Source: Candidatus Zipacnadia bacterium
Lineage (GTDB): Bacteria; Armatimonadota; Zipacnadia; Zipacnadales; Zipacnadaceae
Reading direction: 5' to 3'
Length of the DNA: 62,453 nucleotides
NCBI GenBank assembly: GCA_029821195.1
Contig: JALGTU010000002.1
Coordinates: 1 to 62,453, forward strand
The first letter of the stretch is position 1. Each line of letters begins with the position of its first letter. The notes under the pieces are model-generated. The model saw only the letters and a list, made by a program, of their open reading frames with translations. It searched no databases and had not been told where the DNA came from. Both the position numbers and the translations under genes were made by a program. Shown one piece after another: positions 25,869-36,700 of this stretch.

Positions 25869-28358
25869 TTACATCATATCAACCGGCTCGATATCACAGA
25901 TTACCTGTGTTGAACCGGTATCCCCCAATACTTCCAAAAGCCCCCTAACGGTTTGGTGCAGACTGGCCATGTCGGGGGCCTTCAGCAGCATCTGATAGCG
26001 ATAGCGGCCGCGCAGTTTGTACAGCGGCGCGCGCGCCGGTCCCAGGAACTGCGTGTCACCTTTCTTATGAAAGACACCCATCTCTTGGAGGCAAACCGCC
26101 GCGCGGCGGGCTGTGCCGACGGCCTTATCGCCGTCGGCATCGCTAAAAACCAGGTTGGCCAACTCCGCGAACGGAGGATACCGATTCTCACGACGGGCGG
26201 CAATTTCGCGTTGATAAAAGCCCAGATAGTCGTGCCCCTGGGCCATGACAATGGCGTAGTGGTCGGGATTGTACGTCTGCACGAGCACCTCCCCGGGCTT
26301 ATCCGCCCGGCCCGCTCTCCCGGCCACTTGGGTAAGCAATTGAAAGGTGTGCTCTGCCGCCCGGAAGTCCGGATGATACAGCCCCACATCAGCATTGAGC
26401 ACCCCGACCAGAGTAACGTTCGGCAGGTCCAGCCCCTTCGCGATCATCTGCGTACCCACCAAAATATTTGCATCACCGCGGGCGAAGGCGCGCAGTATCT
26501 CGCCATGAGCGCCCTTGTAACGGACCGTATCCCGGTCCATCCGCGCCACCACCGCCGCCGGGAACTCCCGCTCGACCTGGTCGACAACCCGTTCGGTGCC
26601 CAGGCCGTGAAAGCCGATGTCATAGCCCTGGCAATTGGGACATATATCCGGCACCGATATGTTGTAGTCGCAGTGATGGCAGCGCATCCGGCGGCTGGCA
26701 TGATGATAGGTTAAGGAGACCGCACAGTCCGGACAGCGCAGGGTGTAACCACATTCGCGGCACATCACAAACGTCGCAAAGCCCCGGCGGTTGAGAAATA
26801 AAATGACCTGCTCGCTCCGGGCCAGGCGGTCTTCGATGGCCTCGAGCATCATCTGGCTGAAGGTGCCACCCTTGCCCATCAAGGTCTCGCTGCGCAAGTC
26901 AATGATCTCCACGCGGGGCAGCGGCCGGCTCTCAATCCGCTCAGGCAGGGTCATCAGCGCCAGGCCCTCGCCCGACAAGGCCCGGAAGTAGGCTTCCACC
27001 GAGGGCGTAGCCGATCCCATCAGCAGCACGGCATCACTGCGCCGCGCCCGCTCCGCCGCTACCGCAGTGGTCTGATAACGCGGCGCGCTCTCCTGTTTGT
27101 AGGCACGCTCGTGTTCTTCATCAACCACGATTATCCCCAGATCCCGACAGGGCGCGAAGATCGCCGAGCGCGCGCCGATTACGATGTCGGCCTCGCCGCG
27201 CTGTATCCGCTCCCATTCGTCATAGCGCTCCCCGGCTCCCAGCGCACTGTGCAGCAGCGCCAGACGGTCACCAAAGCGCGCCCGGAACCGTCCCACCATC
27301 TGGGGAGTCAGCGCAATCTCGGGCACGAGCACAATCGCCGAGCGCCCATAGGACAACGCTGCCTCAATAGCCTGCAGGTACACCTCCGTCTTGCCGCTCG
27401 CGGTCACACCGTGGAGCAACAGGGCGTCGTGACAACCTGCGGCCAGCGCCTTGGCCACGCGGTCCAGCATCTTGCTCTGAGCATCGGTAGGGCGCAGCGC
27501 CTCCTTATCTGCATTGCCTAGTCCCGGCTCGTCGGGCAGACGCTGCACGCGCTCCGCCACCACATTCACCAAGCCTTTTTTGGTCAAGCCCTTCACCGCA
27601 TTGCTCGACAGTTGAGCTAGCGGTACGGCTGCATCCGCCGCTGTCAGCGTCCGGAGCACCTCCGCCTGGCGAGGCGCACGCTCAGCCACTGTTGCGATGA
27701 GTTCGTCCCAGTCCTGATCGTCCCCGCACAATTCGACCACCAACTGCATACGCTGGCTCGTGCCCGGCCGGCCCACACCAGCTTCGCGCACCACCAGCCC
27801 CTTTTTCTCCATACTGCGCAGGGCCGACAGGACCGCCGAACGTGAGACCTTCCCGTCCACGCTCTGCCATATCATCCGTACCAAATTGTCAAGGTCCATC
27901 TGTCCGCCAGCCGCCTCAAGCAGGCTGAGGATCTGAGCCTGGCGAGGTGCGCGCGCAAGCTGGTCGGCGACCTGCGCTGCTCTCCCCTCGTCAGTCAACG
28001 CGACGTTAGCAAAACGCCGGCGAGACAGCCCGGGGGGAGTGATGCACCGCAGGGCTTCGCGCAACGAACAACAGTAGCGGTCGGCCACCCAGCGAGCTAA
28101 TGCCAACTGCTCCCGGTCGAAAACCGGAGTCTCGGCAAGTAGCGAGATGATGCTCTTCAGCCGGACCGCCGGCGCGGTCGTAGTGAACCCGACCACGTCC
28201 CCGGCCACCTTCTGTCGCCCAAACGGCACCAGCACATGACTGCCGACTGCAATCTTCGCGGCCAACTTGGGCGGAATCTGGTAGGTAAAGGGCCGGTCAA
28301 CATCGCGGGCAGAATAGGCTACCAGCACCTGGGCGTAAGTCTCGCCACTGCAGAGCAC
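25869..28358 (-). CDS. priA: Primosomal protein N' (replication restart helicase)
   Basis: Walker A GVTASGKTEVY, DEEH box VVDEEHE, and Cys-rich zinc region CRECGY..CPDC...CHHCDY...CPNC. GTG at 28358 avoids the 52-nt overlap with metK that the ATG at 28436 would create. The start is uncertain. Confidence 0.88.
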   Translation of the reverse strand: MLCSGETYAQVLVAYSARDVDRPFTYQIPPKLAAKIAVGSHVLVPFGRQKVAGDVVGFTTTAPAVRLKSIISLLAETPVFDREQLALARWVADRYCCSLREALRCITPPGLSRRRFANVALTDEGRAAQVADQLARAPRQAQILSLLEAAGGQMDLDNLVRMIWQSVDGKVSRSAVLSALRSMEKKGLVVREAGVGRPGTSQRMQLVVELCGDDQDWDELIATVAERAPRQAEVLRTLTAADAAVPLAQLSSNAVKGLTKKGLVNVVAERVQRLPDEPGLGNADKEALRPTDAQSKMLDRVAKALAAGCHDALLLHGVTASGKTEVYLQAIEAALSYGRSAIVLVPEIALTPQMVGRFRARFGDRLALLHSALGAGERYDEWERIQRGEADIVIGARSAIFAPCRDLGIIVVDEEHERAYKQESAPRYQTTAVAAERARRSDAVLLMGSATPSVEAYFRALSGEGLALMTLPERIESRPLPRVEIIDLRSETLMGKGGTFSQMMLEAIEDRLARSEQVILFLNRRGFATFVMCRECGYTLRCPDCAVSLTYHHASRRMRCHHCDYNISVPDICPNCQGYDIGFHGLGTERVVDQVEREFPAAVVARMDRDTVRYKGAHGEILRAFARGDANILVGTQMIAKGLDLPNVTLVGVLNADVGLYHPDFRAAEHTFQLLTQVAGRAGRADKPGEVLVQTYNPDHYAIVMAQGHDYLGFYQREIAARRENRYPPFAELANLVFSDADGDKAVGTARRAAVCLQEMGVFHKKGDTQFLGPARAPLYKLRGRYRYQMLLKAPDMASLHQTVRGLLEVLGDTGSTQVICDIEPVDMM

Positions 28359-28384
28359 CGCGCCCTGCGCTGGTGGAGAGTTGC

Positions 28385-29539
28385 TCAGAGTCCCGCCTTC
28401 TCCCGCAGTAGGTCTACTGCGTCCAGTCGTTCCCATGTGAAGTCCGGCTCTTCCCGGCCGAAATGGCCGTAAGCAGCAGTGGGCCGGTAGATCGGCCGCC
28501 GCAGGTCGAGGTATTCGATAATGCCGCGCGGGGTCAGGTCGAAGTTGTCAACAATAACTCTCTCGATCTCGGCCTCGGACAGCCTCCCAGTACCAAAGCA
28601 GAATACGCCCAGCGAAAACGGCTCGGCCTCGCCGATGGCATACGAGATGTGCACCTCGCAACGGTCCGCCAGGCCCGCAGCTACGACGTTCTTCGCCAGA
28701 TACCGCATCATATAACTGCCGCTGCGGTCCACCTTCGTCGGGTCTTTCCCGCTGAAGCAGCCGCCCCCGTGGCGGGCCCAGCCGCCGTAGGTGTCCACGA
28801 TTATCTTGCGACCGGTTAGCCCGGTATCGGCCTGCGGCCCGCCCGTCACAAAGCTACCTGTGCCGTTGACCAGTATTTCATCCGCCAGTGCGTCTGTTTG
28901 CAGTTCCTCGGGAATCACCGGCATAACCACCGCGTCAATCAGGTCGGCCCGGATCTGCTCCTGGCTTATCCCCGCCCGGTGCTGGGCAGCCAGCAGCACC
29001 TTCACGACCTCCACGGGCCTGTCATCCTCGTAGCGCACCGTCACCTGACTCTTGCCGTCGGGCCGTAGATACCCGACTTCACCAGTCTTGCGCACCTCGG
29101 CAAGGCGACGACAGAGCTTGTGCGCCAGCATAATGGGCATCGGCATATACTCGGGAGTGTCGTTGTTGGCATACCCGATCATCATGCCCTGATCACCTGC
29201 GCCCCCGGTATCCACGCCCTGAGCGATATCCGGGGACTGCTCGTGAATCGCAGTCAGAACGCCAATAGTGTCACAATCAAAGCCGTACTTGGCCCGCGTA
29301 TAGCCGATCTCGCGCACCGTCTCCCGAACAACTTCTTCGACGGGGCAATATGTCTCCGTGGTCACCTCCCCGGTGACCAGGCAGATACCGGTAGTCACTA
29401 TCGTCTCCACGGCGACCCGCGCCGCCGGGTCTTCGCCTATGATATGGTCGAGAATTGCGTCGGAGACCTGGTCACAAATCTTGTCGGGATGCCCTTCGGT
29501 AACGGACTCTGAAGTAAACTTGAAATCGTTACTCGCCAA
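28385..29539 (-). CDS. metK: S-adenosylmethionine synthase
   Basis: 384 aa with [15 protein letters not shown] and GGAGDQGMM motifs and the conserved C-terminal domain. A TTG start is preceded by AAGAGGAGA. Confidence 0.95.
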   Translation of the reverse strand: MASNDFKFTSESVTEGHPDKICDQVSDAILDHIIGEDPAARVAVETIVTTGICLVTGEVTTETYCPVEEVVRETVREIGYTRAKYGFDCDTIGVLTAIHEQSPDIAQGVDTGGAGDQGMMIGYANNDTPEYMPMPIMLAHKLCRRLAEVRKTGEVGYLRPDGKSQVTVRYEDDRPVEVVKVLLAAQHRAGISQEQIRADLIDAVVMPVIPEELQTDALADEILVNGTGSFVTGGPQADTGLTGRKIIVDTYGGWARHGGGCFSGKDPTKVDRSGSYMMRYLAKNVVAAGLADRCEVHISYAIGEAEPFSLGVFCFGTGRLSEAEIERVIVDNFDLTPRGIIEYLDLRRPIYRPTAAYGHFGREEPDFTWERLDAVDLLREKAGL

Positions 29540-29555
29540 TTGCCTCGTCTCCTCT

Positions 29556-29782
29556 TAGCTCGGATTATTCATGAACGGCTTGTGGGGAGCCCGCTTTTTA
29601 GGCAAAAAAAGCCGGTTTTCCCCACCCTTCCGGCAAAAACTTTGAAAGTTGCGTAACGCAGTTGATAGTTGCATCGTCTCGCTGCTCGCAACGAACTGTG
29701 AACTGCCGCCAATGCCTTTTGAGGGGCGCCTGCACGTCTTTCCAAGACTCATCCCTTCTGTCTTCGTGAATAACGCAGGTTA
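29556..29782 (+). mobile_element. MITE-like intergenic element, copy C (227 bp)
   Basis: It is TA-flanked. The left TIR is GCTCGGATTATTCATGAA; the right TIR (reverse complement) is ACCTGCGTTATTCACGAA. The hairpin is at 29581-29625. By eye it is about 85-90 percent identical to copy D, with two identical blocks longer than 50 nt. It lies between the coaBC stop and the metK start. Confidence 0.8.
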
Positions 29783-29794
29783 GGGTCATGAGGG

Positions 29795-31048
29795 CTACTC
29801 CAGCCCCAGGACCTGCTCAATTTCGTCGAGAATAATTTGCGCTACTTCGTCCTTGGTAAGCTCAGGTAGCTCGCGCACCGTACCATCGGAGCGTATTATC
29901 GTCACCTCGTTGGTGTCCACTGCAAAACCCGCACCGGCGGCGGTCAAGTCGTTGGCAACGATAAGATCCAGCGCACGGTCTTGCAATTTTCGCGCCGCAT
30001 TCTCTTCTACATTCTCGGTTTCCGCCGCAAACCCCACCACAACTTCGGGCCGCAGCTCCGAGGCGGCGACCTCGCCCAGAACATGAGGCGTCGGCACCAA
30101 CTCCACCGTTAAGCCTTCCTGGCTGGCAGGCATCTTCTCGTCGGCGCGCCTCTGCGGGGCAAAGTTCGCTACCGCTGCCGCCCCGATGAAAATGTCGGTC
30201 TCCGGCAAGCGCACCATCACCGCCTCGCGCATCTGTTGGGCGCTCTCCACCTCAGCAACCTCCACATCCGGTGGCGGAGTCAGTGCCGTCGGCCCGCTGA
30301 CCAGCGTCACGTGCGCGCCTCGTGCCGCGGCCACCCGGGCGAGCGCATAGCCCATCTTGCCGGAAGACGGGTTGCTGATGAAGCGCACCGGGTCGAGATA
30401 CTCGCGGGTGGGGCCCGCCGTGATCAGTATCCGCTTATCTGCCAGCCACGAATCACCCGCCGCACTACGGTCCGCCGCCGCCAGCGCCTGCACGATCGCC
30501 GCGAGAATCTTCTCCAGACCAGCCAGACGGCCGACGCCCTCCTCCCCGGACGCCAACCGCCCGCACTCGGGCGGTACGAGGTAATATCCCAGCTTCTCCA
30601 GCGCATCACAGTTGCGCTGCACGATGGGATTGTCCCACATCGCCCAGTTCATCGCCGGGGCCAGTACGACCGGCCCGCGCGAGGCGCATACCGTGGTGGT
30701 CACAAAGTCGTCGCATATTCCCGCCGCCATCTTACCCAGCACATTAGCTGTAGCGGGGACTACCGCGATGACCTCGGCGAATTCGGCCAGTGCTACGTGC
30801 TCGATCTCGATTTCGGTCGGCTCGACAAACATTTCGCAGGCAACGGGGTGACCACTCAGCGCCCGAAACGTTGCTGCGCCGACGAAATAGCCTGCGTTCG
30901 GCGTCATAACCACCCTCACCTCAGCCCCGCACTGGACCAGCGCGCTGACCAGCTCACAGCTCTTGTAGGCCGCAATGCCGCCGGTCACCGCAATCACAAT
31001 GCGCCGGCCCGCCAGTTGCTCGCCAAATTGCGCCAGCTTCTCGTCCAT
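29795..31048 (-). CDS. coaBC: Bifunctional phosphopantothenoylcysteine decarboxylase / phosphopantothenate-cysteine ligase
   Basis: 417 aa. The flavoprotein N-domain carries VTGGIAAYK. The CoaB domain carries [11 protein letters not shown]. Confidence 0.93.
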   Translation of the reverse strand: MDEKLAQFGEQLAGRRIVIAVTGGIAAYKSCELVSALVQCGAEVRVVMTPNAGYFVGAATFRALSGHPVACEMFVEPTEIEIEHVALAEFAEVIAVVPATANVLGKMAAGICDDFVTTTVCASRGPVVLAPAMNWAMWDNPIVQRNCDALEKLGYYLVPPECGRLASGEEGVGRLAGLEKILAAIVQALAAADRSAAGDSWLADKRILITAGPTREYLDPVRFISNPSSGKMGYALARVAAARGAHVTLVSGPTALTPPPDVEVAEVESAQQMREAVMVRLPETDIFIGAAAVANFAPQRRADEKMPASQEGLTVELVPTPHVLGEVAASELRPEVVVGFAAETENVEENAARKLQDRALDLIVANDLTAAGAGFAVDTNEVTIIRSDGTVRELPELTKDEVAQIILDEIEQVLGLE

Positions 31049-31058
31049 AGCTTGTCCC

Positions 31059-31284
31059 TATCCCGGATTATTCATAAACGGCTTGTGGTAAACCCGCTTT
31101 TTAGGCAAAAAAGCCGGTTTTCCACACCCTTCCGGCAAAAACTTTGAAAGTTGCGTAACGCAGTTGATAGTTGCATCGCGTCACTATTCACAACGAACTG
31201 TGAACTGCCGCCAATGCCTTTTGAGGGGCGCCTGCACGTCTTTCGAAGGTTCATCCCTGTTATCTTCGTGAATAATGCAGGATA
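31059..31284 (+). mobile_element. MITE-like intergenic element, copy D (226 bp)
   Basis: It is TA-flanked. The left TIR is TCCCGGATTATTCATAAA; the right TIR (reverse complement) is TCCTGCATTATTCACGAA. The hairpin is at 31084-31126. It lies between the gmk stop (31293) and the coaBC start (31048). Confidence 0.8.
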
Positions 31285-31292
31285 GACCTCGC

Positions 31293-31940
31293 TCAGAGCG
31301 ACCCGGCGTCGTCCGCCTGCTCGAGCAGACGATTTCGCAGCTTACGCCAATCAAAGCGGGCCGTGGTCTGCTGCTCAGCGACGAGGATTGCCCGGAGCTC
31401 TGCCGTTGCCTGCTCGACGACATCGTTAACTATAACATATTTATACATGTCCATGTTACTGATTTCCTGGCGGGCACTGACCAGCCGCTCCGCGATTCCC
31501 TCGGGCGACTCGGTATGGCGCTTCGCCAGCCGTTCGAGCAGCGCCGGCCACGAAGGCGGAGCCACAAAAATGAGCACCGCCTCATCACCCAACTGCTCGT
31601 GAACGGATTTGGCACCTTGATAGTCAATCTCGAGAACCACTGACCGGCCCCGCGCCAGCGCGGCCTCAACCGGTGCACGGGGCGTGCCGTAGCTATGATG
31701 GTCGTGGACGCGGGCCCACTCCAGTAGCTGGCCGGTTGCCCGCAGTTTCTCGAATTGCGCCTCGGTCACGAATCGGTAGTCCACGCCATCTTGCTCGCCG
31801 CTGCGGGGCATGCGCGTGGTGCAGGATACCGACAGCTCAATATCCGGATGTGACTCCAGCAAGGCCCGAATAATCGTGCCCTTCCCCACGCCGGAAGGGC
31901 CAGACACCACGAACAGAACACCCGGACGAATATAGTTCAT
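31293..31940 (-). CDS. gmk: Guanylate kinase
   Basis: Starting from ATG at 31940 gives MNYIRPGVLFVVSGPSGVGKGTI... (P-loop). The 111-aa N-terminal extension of track ORF 31293..32273 is Ser/Arg/Trp-rich, overlaps the neighbouring gene and looks non-coding. Confidence 0.9.
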   Translation of the reverse strand: MNYIRPGVLFVVSGPSGVGKGTIIRALLESHPDIELSVSCTTRMPRSGEQDGVDYRFVTEAQFEKLRATGQLLEWARVHDHHSYGTPRAPVEAALARGRSVVLEIDYQGAKSVHEQLGDEAVLIFVAPPSWPALLERLAKRHTESPEGIAERLVSARQEISNMDMYKYVIVNDVVEQATAELRAILVAEQQTTARFDWRKLRNRLLEQADDAGSL

Positions 31941-32037
31941 AATGGCATGGGCGCCCAAATACAGGGCATGGCTGTTGGAATGGGCCAGGACTGCATCAAG
32001 TGTATAGTTTAGCACAACGACGCGGCGGAAGCAATCG

Positions 32038-33201
32038 CTACTCGAGACAGTAAAGCCGCCCGTCGTTGGCGCCGATGTAGATGCACGCCCCTGAAATCGC
32101 CGGCGAAGAGTAGACCTTGGAGGCCAGCGGCAGCTTATGCTGCCCGAGGCCAGTGTCACGGCGCAGGATGTGCAGGCTACCATCGTGCACCCCGAAATAG
32201 ACCAATTCGCCCGCCAGCGCCGGGGAGGAGTCGGCCACGGTGGGCAGCTTGTGCTCCCAGAGCTTGGTGCCATCAGCCAGTCGGACGGCTTCGAACTTGG
32301 TAGCCGACAGATAGCCGCTGACCGTCACGAAGTAGACGACTCCGTCGGCAATGGCCGGCGAGACCATAACTGAGGTCTTATCGCGCAGCGCCCACCGTCG
32401 CTCCCCCGTGGCCAGGTCAAAAGCGACCAGATAGTCGGCACTAGGAGGTACCAGCGCGGTTGGGCTCATAAAGGGCACAACCACAGTGTCTGCGCTGATC
32501 ACCGGGGCAGCTACCACCGAGCCGCCGACCCGCGCCTCCCAGATGAGCGTGCCATCACCCAGCCGCCGCGCGTAAACATGCCCCGTGCTGTCGCCGTAGA
32601 CTACCGTTTCTCCCGCGGCCGCTGCAGTTGCGTTGATTGTGCTCAATTGACGCTGCTGCCAGATAATCGTGCCGTGCGCCGCGTCCAAGGCCAAGAAGCT
32701 GCCGTCCACGCTGCCAATTAAGGCTAACTGGCCGACCACAACCGGGGACGCAACCACCGGACGCCCGGTCCGTCGCTCCCAGATAAGCTCCCCGCTGTCG
32801 GCAGCGATGGCCCGCACAAATCCATCCACCGAGCCCACCAGCACGCGGCCCTCGGCCACCGCTGGTGAGGAAATGACGGCACCTCCCGTTGCGTAGCGCC
32901 ACAACAACTCGCCTGTATCGGCGGCTACAGCGCAGACGTCGCCGTCGGCGGTGCCCACAAACACCCGGCCGCCGACCACCGCCGGGGAGGAGTCAACGCT
33001 ACTGCCCAGGCGTACCTGCCAGCGAACCTGTGGAGCTGTGGGGCCAACGCCGGGTGCCAGCGCACAGTGCGCCGGATCAAGACCGAACATCGGCCAGTCC
33101 GCCGATGCGGGCGCCGGGCGGGTTCCCACGGCCAGCAGAGCGCACAGCACTACCAGTCCTAGGGTTCGCTGCCTGGCGGTCAAATGACGGGCACCTCCCA
33201 A
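32038..33201 (-). CDS. PQQ-like beta-propeller repeat protein (BamB-like fold), secreted
   Basis: 387 aa with a signal peptide. It has repeated units of the type G.V.VG..DG.V.A....G..LW, about 8 in number. Confidence 0.7.
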   Translation of the reverse strand: MGGARHLTARQRTLGLVVLCALLAVGTRPAPASADWPMFGLDPAHCALAPGVGPTAPQVRWQVRLGSSVDSSPAVVGGRVFVGTADGDVCAVAADTGELLWRYATGGAVISSPAVAEGRVLVGSVDGFVRAIAADSGELIWERRTGRPVVASPVVVGQLALIGSVDGSFLALDAAHGTIIWQQRQLSTINATAAAAGETVVYGDSTGHVYARRLGDGTLIWEARVGGSVVAAPVISADTVVVPFMSPTALVPPSADYLVAFDLATGERRWALRDKTSVMVSPAIADGVVYFVTVSGYLSATKFEAVRLADGTKLWEHKLPTVADSSPALAGELVYFGVHDGSLHILRRDTGLGQHKLPLASKVYSSPAISGACIYIGANDGRLYCLE

Positions 33202-33296
33202 AAACCGTGACGGCGACAGTTCTCACACCGAAGCGCCGTCCTGGATCGGGACGGCGCCACCTCTCGCCTGGGGATTTGTCATAACCTGGCCAGCCG

Positions 33297-33689
33297 CTAA
33301 GGGTGCGCCGGCGGGTCATGCTCGCGGTAAGCCACCAGTATCGGAGCGGGCATAGCATAGGCCTGACTGGCCGAAACCAGGACGGGAGGGATTGGTCCCG
33401 CGGGAATAAGCTCCGGCGTAGCCGTGACGGTGACGTTCTGTAGACCGGCGGCGATACCAGTCACCACGAAGGCCCCATTGGGGGTCGTTGAGGTACCTTG
33501 ACGGCCACCGATGGTAACCACCATCCCCCCGATGCCCTGCCCGGTCACAATATGCTGGATATACCCAGTCACAGTCCCGCCACCGAGCGCTGCAGGGCCA
33601 GCCCCACCACCACATCCGCTCACCACCAGTGCTACGAGCACTGCTGCTACGGTTGCTGTCACGATAAGTTTGGTCTCGTCAGCGTACAT
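33297..33689 (-). CDS. Small lipoprotein with a carboxypeptidase-regulatory-like (Ig-like) domain
   Basis: 130 aa. A lipobox-like VVSGCGGG is followed by a TVTGYI...GMVVTIGGRQGTSTTPNGAFVVTGIAAG beta-sandwich pattern. Confidence 0.55.
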   Translation of the reverse strand: MYADETKLIVTATVAAVLVALVVSGCGGGAGPAALGGGTVTGYIQHIVTGQGIGGMVVTIGGRQGTSTTPNGAFVVTGIAAGLQNVTVTATPELIPAGPIPPVLVSASQAYAMPAPILVAYREHDPPAHP

Positions 33690-33744
33690 TCTGGCATACT
33701 CCTCTCAAGCCGCTGGGAACTGAGTGAGCAGACGGCACGTTACG

Positions 33745-36700
33745 TCATCGGCTTATGGTCAGCGGGCAAAGCCCCTCGACGCGCTGGCCATTGTCCGCCA
33801 CCGCCTCAATCCTCACCAGGTACATCCCGCGGGGCACCACCGTGCCGCCGTTGCTGCGCAGGTTCCACGCCTGGCTATGGGTACCCTCGCTGGCAGCCTC
33901 CTCAGCCATCAGCGTCTTAATGACCCGACCGGAGATATTCATAATCTCCATGCTCACCCGGCAGGCCTGAGTTACACCATAGGTGATGACCGTTCCGACC
34001 CCACTGGATTGGGCCGTGGCACTGGTGATGACCAACCCGCCTGACTGCTGGGCGCCGACCTCGAGCCGGAAGTGCCGCAGGCCGCCTTCTGCGCCACTAC
34101 GGAAGACGTAGCTCGGAGCAGTCCGCATATACACTGTCTGGTCGCCATCGAGGTCGCTCAGAGTCACCGACAGGTCATTGGGCACCTGGCTGAGGTCAGG
34201 CATCACGACCTCCACGTCGCTGTCGGCAATGTCTGTGGCAACCACAAAGTCCCAGCTCAGCTTCTCGCCAGTCACCGGAGTGATTGACTGGGCAAGCTGG
34301 CTACCATCATCTCCAATGAAGTAGAGATCCACGCTGTCGGGAACCGAGGGCGGGTTGGGTATGCTGTAAGGCTCGATGCCCTCAGCCACGCCTACCGCGC
34401 CGGTCACGTCCCTGCGGCTACCGACCCGCGCTACCACCGGAATCACCCAGCCCGACTCACCCACATCAAGCTGGCGCGGCGCCATTTCGCCCTGGGCACT
34501 GGCGGTGCCGGCTGTCATCTGGATCGTCGCAGTTGTACCCGTCGCAGCGTACATCCACGCGCCTTCCCACGGCTCAATGTAACTGCGCGCCACGTTGATG
34601 CCCGCCCGGTCGGTTACCAGCAAGTACGACTGGTCCGAGGGACGGAAGACGTAAGCGAAGGGCAGGACCGTCCCCGGTACCGTGGGGGCAATGTTAGCCA
34701 TCGGCAGGTTATTAGTGAAGGGATTGGCGACCATGTTCCAGCGTGTACCCAGGTTAACCGTGTAGGCTCCCGCAGTGGGTACCGCAGTCCCGGCCACGTT
34801 CAAGGTAGTCGCGTTATCGTAGTAGACGAAGAAGCCCTTGCCCGCAGCCACCTGGAGCAAGACATTCCTATTCGGGTGCCCGGTGCCTATGTAGGGCGGA
34901 GACTGTGTCGGATCCCACCACCATACCTGGGTGGTCGCGAAGACGTCCGGCGCGTAGCTCTCAATGGGCTGGACCGGCACACCGGTGAAATATAGGCCGG
35001 CAGGATCATAAGTGTGCCTTTCACCCGAGTAGCCGGTGAAGTCTATATCCGAAACATTCTGGCCGCCCGGCCCGGGAACAGTGACCGTCTGGCTACTGGG
35101 CACCAGTACATAAGTGGCGGTGGGATCGCTCGCTGTTACCTCCCAGTCGCCGGCGGATACATTAGTCAATGTGTAGGTGCCGTCGGCAGCGGTCGTCGCG
35201 CTGGACGTCGCAGCGGGATTACCCACCTGGACGGCGCTGATAGCTATATTGGCCAGCAAAGCGCCCTGGTAGTGAGTCGCCGTGCCGCTGATGGTGAAGG
35301 CTTTAGGATCAGCGGTGAAATCGCGATTAGTCACGCTGGCGCCGCTGACTGTCACGGTGTAATCCGCAGGCGTAAAGTCGTAGTACTGACCCGCCGGGGC
35401 GCTGGGCGTCACCGTGTAGGTACCGTCGGCCAAACCAGATATCATGTATTGGCCGGCGGCATTGGTGGTATCCGAACGAATGCCCGCAGTGACCAAGAAG
35501 CCCTGAGCACTGCCGCCGCCGGTCACTGTGATGGTGCCCGATATGCTGTACGCACCCGCTACCAAGGTGAAGTCCTGGCCGGACACATCACTACTGCTCA
35601 CAACCACCGACGCGTCCGGCGGAGTGAAGGTAAACGGCGGGAACAGCGGGGCTATTCGGTAAGTGTCCGCGGGCAGATCAGTGAACTGATAGGTGCCATC
35701 GGTGCCGGTGACCTGATCAGCCCTGATCTTCTGGTTGAGACTGTTGTAGCACTCGACGGTAACCCCCTCCAACGGGGTTGTGCCATCGGTGTCGTAAACC
35801 GTTCCCGATATCGAGAAGACCGGAATGATTATCGTGAAGGTTTGCGTGGCCGACCACTCCGACTGGAGCCCGTTGACCGTCCGGACGTGCCAGTGGTAAG
35901 CGACATTGGGCACAAGCGCCAGGGTGGTGTCCACCTGGAAGTTGGTCACGGCCAGGCCCGTGACCCCATACTCCGGGTCACCTGGCCCGCCCAGGTCGGG
36001 GCTGATCATGGGGCTGGCGAAGGCGGGATCGTCATCGAGTTCGACGTGGTACAACATCGCCGAGGGCGGATCGTCCGCATCAGGGTCGGTGCCCGGGTCC
36101 CACTGCAGATTCGGCGTGAGCGTTCCAATGGTGCCCGTTGGGGCAAAGCCGCTATCGGGCGCATACGGCGGGTGATCAACCTTGAAGCTTTGGACCACGG
36201 ACCAGTCGGAAGCCAAGTCACGGGCGTCAACCGTCTGCACTCGCCAGTACCACCAGCCGTAAGGGATGGGATCGGGCACGTCAAGCTGGGTGATGCCCGG
36301 GCCCCCGTAGTCAGTGGTATCGTATTCGTAATCCACGGTGGCAAAGTCGTCGGTGGTGCTGAACTGCACAATGTAGGTCAGGTTGTTGGCGGTATCCCAC
36401 GGATCAGGATCGCTGCCGTCAGGCCAGTCCAGGGTCGGATTCTGGTTATCAACGCTGACGCCGTTAATCGGCGACCACCCATCGGCGGGTGGATAGGGCG
36501 GCGCGTAGGGCGGATTGTTAACCGTCACCGTCGGCCCGCTGAAGTAGTTCGGTGTATCCGCGATGTCCGGGAACCGCACATTCGCCAGCCCATCGGAGGC
36601 AATGAAGTAGTAGCTGTGTGACTGACTGGCCGAGAGGCTGGGAATATCGTAGTAGTAAACCTTGCCGTCGCTGACATCCAGGTCAGTCGGATCGTACTCC

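Noticed and set aside
29540-29555. A SAM riboswitch upstream of metK.
   Set aside because: Only 16 nt separate the metK start from the repeat element. Nothing resembling an S-box, SAM-II or SAM-V fold was seen.
29555-29752. Small ORFs inside the repeat copies: 29555..29752 and 31072..31254 on the minus strand, and the related frame in 11962..12321. They share ...QLSTALRNFQSFCRKG....
   Set aside because: The similarity only reflects the nucleotide repeat. Start codons and frames are not conserved between copies (frameshift in D, no start in B, absent in A and E). The peptide overlaps the structured hairpin.
31941-32273. The N-terminal 111-aa extension of the gmk ORF. Similar upstream extensions exist for fmt (25249-25344), M24 (52639-52746), the flippase (21073-21138) and the giant protein (40702-40770).
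   Set aside because: The extensions have non-protein-like composition, overlap neighbouring genes or promoters, and the conserved family N-termini begin at the internal ATGs.
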